Positions 1 through 6,427 of a stretch of 13,894 nucleotides of DNA are shown here, one piece after another. The notes under the pieces are model-generated. The model worked only from the letters and a program-made list of their open reading frames with translations, was not told the origin of the DNA and did no database searches. The DNA is from a virus (taxonomy: Duplodnaviria; Heunggongvirae; Uroviricota; Caudoviricetes), in the IMG/VR virus record IMGVR_UViG_2645728091_000007, positions 1 to 13,894 of that record; one strand, given 5' to 3'. Within the stretch, counting starts at the first letter, position 1; every line of letters begins with the position of its first letter. A program made the translations under genes and the position numbers.

Positions 1-1
1 C

Positions 2-1063
2 GGGGAGGAAGGAAACTACCGGATGGAAAGAGTCCCCCTAAAGCAGACTGACAGACATCACAAATCCCCGGGTGGGGATTTGTGTATAAGAGACAGACCA
101 GTAGCAGGGGAAAACATCCGCGATAATGCGCCAAATTTCCATAAATGGCTTGAACATGCTGCAAGAAAAGACCCGCGTAAGATGATGCGTATATGTGCCG
201 CGTTATACATGATTATGGCGAACCGCTACGACTGGCAGATGTTCATTGAGGCCACCGGAGACGGGGGAAGCGGTAAGAGTACATTTACCCATATTGCCAC
301 CCTGCTTGCTGGCAAACAGAACACCGTAAGCGCGGAGATGACATCACTCGATGATGCAGGAGGGCGCGCGCAGGTTGTCGGGAGTCGTCTTATCGTCCTT
401 GCCGATCAGCCGAAATATACGGGGGAAGGCACGGGCATCAAGAAAATCACGGGAGGCGATCCCGTTGAAATTAACCCGAAATATGAGAAGCGATTCACGA
501 CGATAATAAGGGCGGTGGTACTGGCAACCAATAACGACCCGATGATCTTTACCGAACGGGCCGGAGGTGTGTCACGCCGTCGGGTGATTTTCCGGTTCGA
601 CAACATTGTAAGGGAGGACGAAAAAGACAAGGAATTACCGGAAAAGATAGCGGCAGAAATCCCCGTAATTATCCGCCGCTTGCTGGCTAATTTTGCTGAC
701 CCTGAAAAGGCACGGGCTTTATTACTGGAACAGCGTGACGGTGATGAAGCTCTGGCAATAAAGCAGCAAACGGATCCGGTTGTTGAGCTTTGCGCGGCGC
801 TGGAGTTTCTGGAGGAAGCTCGTGGGCTAATGATGGGCGGTGGTGGTGACACCGTGAAGTACACGACCAGAAACAGCCTTTACCGTGTCTATATGGCCTT
901 CATGGCATACACAGGAAAGGGGAAATGTTTGAGCGTGAATGAGTTCGGAAAGGCTATGAGGTCAGCGGCGAAAGTTTACGGATATGAATATATTACGCGA
1001 AAAGTTAAGGGAGTCACGCAGACCAACGCAACGACTACTGATGATTGCGATGCGTTTTTATAA
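2..1063 (+). CDS. Primase-helicase, P4 alpha/D5 family, C-terminal portion (5'-partial; frame is open from the window edge)
   Basis: Walker A motif GDGGSGKST about 80 codons into the ORF, preceded by a D5_N-like segment (NFHKWLEHAARKDPRKMMRICAALYMI) and followed by a C-terminal region typical of P4-family primases. First in-frame ATG is at 23, but the frame is open from position 2. N-terminal primase domain is absent from the window. Confidence 0.7.
   Translation, partial: GEEGNYRMERVPLKQTDRHHKSPGGDLCIRDRPVAGENIRDNAPNFHKWLEHAARKDPRKMMRICAALYMIMANRYDWQMFIEATGDGGSGKSTFTHIATLLAGKQNTVSAEMTSLDDAGGRAQVVGSRLIVLADQPKYTGEGTGIKKITGGDPVEINPKYEKRFTTIIRAVVLATNNDPMIFTERAGGVSRRRVIFRFDNIVREDEKDKELPEKIAAEIPVIIRRLLANFADPEKARALLLEQRDGDEALAIKQQTDPVVELCAALEFLEEARGLMMGGGGDTVKYTTRNSLYRVYMAFMAYTGKGKCLSVNEFGKAMRSAAKVYGYEYITRKVKGVTQTNATTTDDCDAFL
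78..96 (-). mobile_element. Tn5/IS50-like 19-bp end sequence (element body would lie to the left)
   Basis: Reverse complement of 78-96 is CTGTCTCTTATACACAAAT. The first 16 nt equal the Tn5 mosaic end exactly; 17/19 match both the outside end (CTGACTCTTATACACAAGT) and the mosaic end. A 9-bp-stem palindrome CAAATCCCC-gggt-GGGGATTTG containing a SmaI site lies at 61-82. Confidence 0.3.
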
Positions 1064-1077
1064 AAAATGGCAATGGT

Positions 1078-1305
1078 TATCTACCTTGTCTACCTGACTG
1101 AAAGAAAATACTTTTATTTCAATGTATTAATGCAGGTAGATAACTATTTTTCACTGTCTACCTGTTATCTACCTTATCTACCCATTTTTGTAGACAGGTA
1201 AGGAGACGGGTAGAGATGAGGTAGACAGCTATTTGGGGCTGTCTACCTCCCTGAAACCCGCGCCATTACTGGCCTGATAACTAATCAGGTAGACAAGGTA
1301 GACAA
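1078..1305. repeat. Iteron cluster, about 11 copies of GGTAGACA / TGTCTACC in both orientations (putative ori or crr)
   Basis: Copies at about 1078, 1087, 1135, 1155, 1167, 1175, 1190, 1209, 1220, 1240, 1288 and 1297, including a direct tandem GGTAGACAAGGTAGACAAGG at 1288-1307. AT-rich context immediately downstream of the primase gene. Confidence 0.6.
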
Positions 1306-1352
1306 GGTGGTGGTGCACAAAAAACTTTTTAAACGAGGGGGTAAAAATAAAA

Positions 1353-1610
1353 ATGCACACATCAGGAAAACTGAACAAACATATAAAGCCACATTACCGC
1401 GCCCTTGATATGGCTGAACACTGGCTAAGGGTGGCGATTAAGGCAATAGACCGCAACGCCGGGGAAGGATACGCGAAAGCACATCCCGAACTGATAAGCG
1501 CATTCATGACAACGGCGGCTGCAAACTTTGCCACGCTGACCGAACGGGAGATTGCTGAAGCGGAGGAAGTGACAACAATCAATATTAAGTCCGGAGAGCT
1601 GGCAGCATGA
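1353..1610 (+). CDS. Hypothetical small protein (85 aa)
   Basis: ORF with a GAGGGGG Shine-Dalgarno about 12 nt upstream; its stop overlaps the SSB start (ATGA at 1607-1610), suggesting translational coupling. No family recognised. Confidence 0.5.
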   Translation: MHTSGKLNKHIKPHYRALDMAEHWLRVAIKAIDRNAGEGYAKAHPELISAFMTTAAANFATLTEREIAEAEEVTTINIKSGELAA

Positions 1611-2056
1611 CGGCGCAAATATCAGTTTACGGGCGGTTGGTGGACGACCCGCAGACAAAACAGACCAGCAAGGGCACCCCCATGACGCTGGCGCGTATGG
1701 CGGTATCACTGCCCTGCAGTCAGTCGGATGACGGTCTGGCGACGTTGTGGTTATCTGTCCTGGCGTTTGGCAGACAAGCCGACGCGCTGGCAAAGCATCA
1801 CAAAGGCGAACTCCTGAGCGTGGCGGGTAACATGCAGATGAGCCAGTGGACTGGACAGAACGGCGAAACGCGGCAGGGCTGGCAGGTTATCGCAGACAGC
1901 GTAATCAGTGCGCGATCGGTGCGACCGGGCGGCAAAAAAGGCCAACAGGGGCAGGCTACTGACGCACTGAACAGAGCAAAACAACAGGCAGATCAGCAAG
2001 GAAGCCAGCCACCAGAGGGAGATAATGAGCAATGGGGAGATGATATCCCGTTTTAA
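1607..2056 (+). CDS. ssb: Single-stranded DNA-binding protein
   Basis: N-terminal OB-fold-like region (ISVYGRLVDDPQ...), Q/G-rich linker, and C-terminal WGDDIPF matching the acidic tail of E. coli SSB (DFDDDIPF). Confidence 0.8.
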   Translation: MTAQISVYGRLVDDPQTKQTSKGTPMTLARMAVSLPCSQSDDGLATLWLSVLAFGRQADALAKHHKGELLSVAGNMQMSQWTGQNGETRQGWQVIADSVISARSVRPGGKKGQQGQATDALNRAKQQADQQGSQPPEGDNEQWGDDIPF

Positions 2057-2074
2057 ATATTGCCAATAAAAAAA

Positions 2075-2098
2075 GCCGGAAAAAATAAATTTTCCGGC
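2075..2098 (-). terminator. Stem-loop with a 9-bp perfect stem (GCCGGAAAA / TTTTCCGGC); looks like an intrinsic terminator on the minus strand
   Basis: On the minus strand the hairpin is followed by a run of 7 T (complement of the A-run at 2068-2074). On the plus strand no U-run follows. Sits in the SSB-capsid intergenic region. Confidence 0.3.
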
Positions 2099-2272
2099 AT
2101 GCTACATAAATCCCGACCAAAGGGAGTGAAGATATTAACACTAATTGTCCGCACTGAAGTTGTCACCCCAAAACTTTATACAACATTGCACTCGGTTGCA
2201 TGTGTTCGCATGACAAATATCGGTGATAGCATATATCCACAATTATTTTTAATGAATGCAAAGAGGATGCGT

Positions 2273-3313
2273 ATGGTTGATTTATATTCGCCTACTCAGC
2301 TTGTACAGGTAGTTAATGCTGTAGATGTACAAAAACAACTAAATGCGTTGTTTACCAGTTTGTTTTTTACTCGCTCGGTAATGTTTGAATCGCGCGATAT
2401 TATTCTTGATACAATCGACGATCCAAATATCCCAATTGCAGCGTTTTGTTCTCCTATGGTGGGTAGTAAAGTTTCACGTGACGAAGGGTACGAATCAAAA
2501 ACAATTCGTCCAGGCTATATGAAGCCGAAAAGCAGCATTGATCCAAATAAGTTAGCTGTGCGCCCTGCTGGTGTATCACCTGAGCAATACAATTCTTTTG
2601 GGGCGCGTAATATTAAAGTTAAACAGGCGATTGTAAATCAGGCTAAAGCTATTCGTGCACGTATTGAATGGCTTGCCGTTCAGGCAATCACAACGGGGAA
2701 AAATATCATTGAGGGCGATGGTATTGAACGTTATGAGCTGGACTGGAATATTAAACCACAAAATATCATCACTCAGTCTGGCGGTGCTGAGTGGTCAGGT
2801 AAGGATAAAGAAACTTTTGATCCAAATGATGATATTGATAGCTACGCAGAATTTAGTGAGGGCGTCACTAATATCATCATTATGGGCGGTAATGTATGGA
2901 AGAAATACCGTTCATTCAGAGCGATAAAAGAGGCTCTGGATACCCGTCGTGGTTCTAATTCCGAACTGGAAACGGCCCTTAAAGACCTTGGTGATTCGGT
3001 GAGTTTTAAAGGGTATATGGGCGATGTTGCGATTGTTGTATATAGCGGGCGTTATACCGACGAGGACGGAACTGAAAAACATTTCCTTGATCCTGATTTG
3101 ATGGTGCTTGGCAATACGGCTCTTCAGGGGATTGTCGCCTATGGAGGTATTCAGGATCCGGAGCTAATCCGAATGGGGCTGACTAAAGCCGAACTTGCAC
3201 CGAAAAACTATATTGTGCCTGGTGATCCGGCTATTGAATATGTGCAGACACATTCAGCACCACAGCCAATACCGGCCCGCATCAATCGTTTTGTTACCGT
3301 TCGCATTGGCTAA
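2273..3313 (+). CDS. Major capsid protein, lambda gpE family (divergent homolog, 346 aa)
   Basis: Similarity to lambda gpE along the full length (LFF near the N-terminus; QSGG.EWS..DK.T.DP.DDI; LDTRRGSNSELETA; GDVAIVVYSG). Start at 2273 chosen from the AAGAGG Shine-Dalgarno at 2261-2266 and alignment to gpE MSMY; the ORF track's upstream extension to 2060 has no homology. Confidence 0.8.
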   Translation: MVDLYSPTQLVQVVNAVDVQKQLNALFTSLFFTRSVMFESRDIILDTIDDPNIPIAAFCSPMVGSKVSRDEGYESKTIRPGYMKPKSSIDPNKLAVRPAGVSPEQYNSFGARNIKVKQAIVNQAKAIRARIEWLAVQAITTGKNIIEGDGIERYELDWNIKPQNIITQSGGAEWSGKDKETFDPNDDIDSYAEFSEGVTNIIIMGGNVWKKYRSFRAIKEALDTRRGSNSELETALKDLGDSVSFKGYMGDVAIVVYSGRYTDEDGTEKHFLDPDLMVLGNTALQGIVAYGGIQDPELIRMGLTKAELAPKNYIVPGDPAIEYVQTHSAPQPIPARINRFVTVRIG

Positions 3314-3322
3314 GGGGGAGCA

Positions 3323-3664
3323 ATGGCTACTCATTACACTGAACTCATGGCTGGCACTGAAGCACTGGTGACTACGCTGGGGATATTTTCAGCTAATAAA
3401 GGGGTAATTCCTGCATTTACGCCACTGATGCAGGAAGATGCAACAGGTGCACTGGTGGTATGGGATGGTTCGAGCGTAGGTAAAGCGGTTTATGTTTCCG
3501 CTGTACAAATCGACACCGCGAAAAAAACACAGGCTCAGGTCTATAAGACAGGTGTCTTAAATGTTGATGCTCTGAACTGGCCTGAGTCTGTTAAAGAACT
3601 GTCAGTAAAGGTTGCAGCGTTTGTTGGCTCAGGTATTTCTGTTCAGCCGCTGGCTCGTGTGTAA
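3323..3664 (+). CDS. Head decoration protein, lambda gpD family (113 aa)
   Basis: Alignable to lambda gpD (THY; TPLM; VVWDGS vs VAWDGT; YKTG vs YKSG; WPE; AF.G..IS). AAGGGGGAG Shine-Dalgarno directly after the capsid gene stop. Confidence 0.75.
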   Translation: MATHYTELMAGTEALVTTLGIFSANKGVIPAFTPLMQEDATGALVVWDGSSVGKAVYVSAVQIDTAKKTQAQVYKTGVLNVDALNWPESVKELSVKVAAFVGSGISVQPLARV

Positions 3665-3675
3665 AGGGGGATACA

Positions 3676-4059
3676 ATGCAGAATGATTACAATGACCTTA
3701 AGCCAATTGCCGAAATGATGTACCCGAATCCAGCTGTAGAGGAATTAAAAGCTATCGCTGACAAAATGTGTTTAAGCGAGCGCCTTGTTGATATGAATCA
3801 GGTGATGGAAATTACAACCCTGAGTCGTCGTACACTGCTAAACCTTGAGGCTAGTGGAGAGTTCCCGGAGCGTGTGCAGGTTACGGAAGGGCGTAAGGCC
3901 TGGTATTTAAGTGAAGTGATCGACTGGATAAATAATATTCCTCGCGCTTCTGAATATTGCCGCGTACCTGTCCCAAAAAAGCCAGATGCGGCGCTATGCC
4001 TCAAGATTGAGCGTGTACGCCGCAATGCACGGGATGGTCGCTATAAGCTGATTGGTTGA
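3676..4059 (+). CDS. AlpA-family (phage transcriptional regulator / excisionase-like) HTH protein with a ~40-aa N-terminal extension
   Basis: Segment MEITTLSRRTLLNLEASGEFPERVQVTEGRKAWYLSEVIDWINN resembles the AlpA/MerR-like HTH domain. Strong Shine-Dalgarno AAGGGGGAT before the ATG at 3676. Confidence 0.6.
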   Translation: MQNDYNDLKPIAEMMYPNPAVEELKAIADKMCLSERLVDMNQVMEITTLSRRTLLNLEASGEFPERVQVTEGRKAWYLSEVIDWINNIPRASEYCRVPVPKKPDAALCLKIERVRRNARDGRYKLIG

Positions 4060-4079
4060 TGAAATTAGGGCCCGCTCTG

Positions 4080-4149
4080 GCTGGCGGGTCCTTTCCGGTG
4101 ATCCAGAACGTTACGGGGCGGAAGGCGCGCGGGTTTTCGCTATTTATGA
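4080..4149 (+). other. Lambda-type cos site (cosQ/cosN-like) with a variant cohesive-end sequence
   Basis: GGCGGGTCCTTTCCGGTGATCC...GTTACG, then a 12-mer GGGCGGAAGGCG at 4116-4127 (lambda cosN is GGGCGGCGACCT), then CGCGGGTTTTCGCTATTTATGA matching the lambda left end as I recall it. Lies directly upstream of the Nu1-like gene. Confidence 0.6.
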
Positions 4150-4260
4150 GCATTTTAAGGGGACTGGTGGTGGTTTTGTTGTTCGCTGTATCTGTATGAA
4201 TAATAAGAGAAAAATACAATCAATACACCAACCTGAAACAGTAATTAAGTTGTGGTATCA

Positions 4261-4803
4261 ATGAAATTACACCTGATGAACAAAAAAAACATGGCAAAAA
4301 GTTGCCGTGTAAGCGCCACTGCGTTCGATAAGTGGGGAGTGATTCCCGTCGAGCGTAAGGGCCGTGAGGCGTTCTATGATGTTGCCAGTGTAATAGATAA
4401 TCGGGTTAACAATGCAATCAGCCAGATTACAAACGAAACGGGCGATATTGATGACGATGAACTTTTACGCGTCAGGATCAGATTACTGACAGCACAGGCA
4501 GAGGCGCAGGAGCTTAAAAACGAGCGCGAACGCGGCGACGTTATTGATACAGAGTTTTGTATGTATGTTCTTTCCAAACTGGCGAGTCAGATTTCATCTA
4601 TCATGGACAGCCTGCCGCTTACCATGCAAAGGCGCTTCCCACAGATGACTCCGGCTATGCTGGATGGACTTAAAAAGGAAGTGGCTAAAGCCTGTAATGC
4701 CAGTGCCGGCGTTGCTGACAACCTCCCACAGATACTGGCTGATTATCTGATGGAAAGTACAGGAAACGTACCGGATAAGTTGCAGCTGAATAAGGATAAG
4801 TAA
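4261..4803 (+). CDS. Terminase small subunit, lambda Nu1-like
   Basis: Similarity to lambda Nu1 in the middle and C-terminal parts (LTAQAEAQELKNERERGDVIDTEFCMYVLSKLASQISSIMDSLPLTMQRRFPQ vs lambda LTRAQADAQELKNARDSAEVVETAFCTFVLSRIAGEIASILDGLPLSVQRRFPE). N-terminal HTH region is divergent. Start is ambiguous: ATG at 4261, 4276 (best alignment to Nu1 MEVNKK) or GTG at 4252. Confidence 0.8.
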   Translation: MKLHLMNKKNMAKSCRVSATAFDKWGVIPVERKGREAFYDVASVIDNRVNNAISQITNETGDIDDDELLRVRIRLLTAQAEAQELKNERERGDVIDTEFCMYVLSKLASQISSIMDSLPLTMQRRFPQMTPAMLDGLKKEVAKACNASAGVADNLPQILADYLMESTGNVPDKLQLNKDK

Positions 4804-4814
4804 CGTAGTACGCT

Positions 4815-5090
4815 ATGACTGAATCCGAACTACTGAAAGTAATCTGCCATGCTGGTGGAGTCAGCCACCAGCATGACGAACAGACCACGCAGCCGGGCAG
4901 TGTCACCGCTGAAAATTACGCTCGTGTGGTTGCTGAGGTTATGTGGCGTGACGGTATAGAACTGAACGGACAGGATTGCTTAGTCATCCGCACCAAAGTG
5001 CTGGCTATACTGGCAGCTAGGCGGAGGCAGGGACAACGCCAGAACGTTGCATCGTACCAGTGGAAGAAGCCTGACAGACTGCGGCGATAA
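4815..5090 (+). CDS. Hypothetical protein (91 aa) in the position where a large terminase gene would be expected
   Basis: ORF only; no similarity to the lambda gpA N-terminus; weak RBS. Confidence 0.35.
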   Translation: MTESELLKVICHAGGVSHQHDEQTTQPGSVTAENYARVVAEVMWRDGIELNGQDCLVIRTKVLAILAARRRQGQRQNVASYQWKKPDRLRR

Positions 5091-5492
5091 CTCTTTGATT
5101 TTCTCGACGGCCCCAAAATGGGCCTTACCATAGCCAGCTAATAAATGAGCAAGCCTCAAAAGTGAGGTTTGTGGCCGTTTGGCCTATTCATATGCTAACT
5201 CGTTGATATTCCTGACGACGCAAATTTACGCCTTGTGGCTGGTAGTCGAATTGCAAATTTGCAACTCAACTATGAAACTACAGGTAGTTTGGGTAGTAAA
5301 AGCAACACACTGATTTTGGGGCTTCTTCGCGATACCTAATATTATGGTATCGGTGGAAGAGATATCGTTTCTCATAGGTTAGCACCGAGGGCGGAGTTCC
5401 GCCCTCATCGAAAAATTGCTTACGAGTCGTCAAAATAAATTAATCGACTGAGTATAATGATTAACTAATTGCTCGTGTTACTTCATTATACG

Positions 5493-6254
5493 TTATTTCC
5501 CATCTTTAAGGTTTAACCAAGTGTTAATTAAAAAAAGAGCCATTGAACCTGATAAATTTACTGCAAGTTCGGCATGCCTTGGGGATGGCTTAATTGATGA
5601 GCTGTTCGTTCCATGTGCATCACCGAGTTTATTACGAAGAGTACCTAACCCATTTACAACTGCAGAACAACCGCCGAGAATTTGTTTGAAGATATTTTCA
5701 GTATGTTGGTCGGCAGATAGGTTAAGTTCTTTTGAAAGAGTTTTATAAAGCTCTGACATTTCAATATTTTTATTATTATACTGAATGCCCATATCATCAA
5801 GAATGTGTTTGCAAACTGTTTCAAGAAGTGTTCTTGCGGAGGTTATCGCACCATCCGGATCTGTATGGCGCCGTTCAAGTGCTTTTATCCAAACGGCGTG
5901 GACTCCATCCTCGTTAAACTTTCTTAATACATCAGATATGTCTTCATCCGCTGGAGCTTTATTTTTCCCTTCTAGATAGTCCAGCATCGGCTGAAATGCC
6001 TTATAAATCAAATCTCTCCGGGGGGCATACTTTTCAGTCTTTTTTATAAATCCCCAAAATTCTTTTAGTGAGCGATTAGTTCTCACAAACTCTGGTAATA
6101 GCTGATGTAAAGGAGGATTTTGTAAGAAATATGTTCTTAGAAGCAAATAATCATTATTAGCTTCATCCTGGGCTCCTGTAGCTCTTGCAATTAGTATGTT
6201 TTGAAGCGCTACTGCGCGCTCTAGGTCATTTTGAAGGGTATCTATAATATTCAT
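5493..6254 (-). CDS. Abortive-infection-like protein with a C-terminal HEPN-type Rx6H motif (Abi_C-like)
   Basis: 253-aa ORF on the minus strand. C-terminal GTLRNKLGDAHG fits the HEPN Rx4-6H motif and my recollection of Abi_C-family proteins. AT-rich gene flanked by noncoding DNA, consistent with acquired cargo. Confidence 0.5.
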   Translation of the reverse strand: MNIIDTLQNDLERAVALQNILIARATGAQDEANNDYLLLRTYFLQNPPLHQLLPEFVRTNRSLKEFWGFIKKTEKYAPRRDLIYKAFQPMLDYLEGKNKAPADEDISDVLRKFNEDGVHAVWIKALERRHTDPDGAITSARTLLETVCKHILDDMGIQYNNKNIEMSELYKTLSKELNLSADQHTENIFKQILGGCSAVVNGLGTLRNKLGDAHGTNSSSIKPSPRHAELAVNLSGSMALFLINTWLNLKDGK

Positions 6255-6314
6255 AACAAATCTTTATTCACTTCATTTGTGGGTTGATAATTGAATGGTT
6301 TGTACATTGATTTC

Positions 6315-6337
6315 TGTGTATTGCAGTGTGTATTGCA
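6315..6337. repeat. Tandem direct repeat TGTGTATTGCA(G) x2 in the putative promoter region of the Abi-like gene
   Basis: TGTGTATTGCAG followed by TGTGTATTGCAA at 6315-6337, upstream of the minus-strand start at 6254. Confidence 0.3.
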
Positions 6338-6427
6338 ACATAGCCATTCAGGTAGAGATTATGCTCTATTTTTCCTCTTATATCATTCACATACTTACAC
6401 CATTGACTCATGTAACCCAAGCATGAG

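Noticed and set aside
406-864. Minus-strand 152-aa ORF inside the primase gene
   Set aside because: Antisense to a well-supported coding region (Walker A and primase C-terminal homology); serine/arginine-rich low-complexity translation.
1078-1305. Possibility that the short repeats are a CRISPR array
   Set aside because: Repeat unit is only 8 bp, occurs in both orientations with irregular spacing, and has no spacer-repeat periodicity. This fits iterons, not CRISPR.
2060-2272. Upstream in-frame extension of the capsid ORF (417-aa version)
   Set aside because: No gpE homology in the extension. It contains the intergenic hairpin, and a good Shine-Dalgarno supports the start at 2273, giving a gpE-like length.
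4052-4264. 70-aa ORF spanning the cos site
   Set aside because: Begins at a TTG with no RBS and covers the conserved cos sequence; lambda has no gene here. The conservation is better explained by the cis-acting cos site.
5521-5979. Plus-strand small ORFs (75, 61 and 64 aa) overlapping the Abi-like gene
   Set aside because: Antisense to the longer minus-strand ORF that carries the HEPN-like motif; no RBS or homology.
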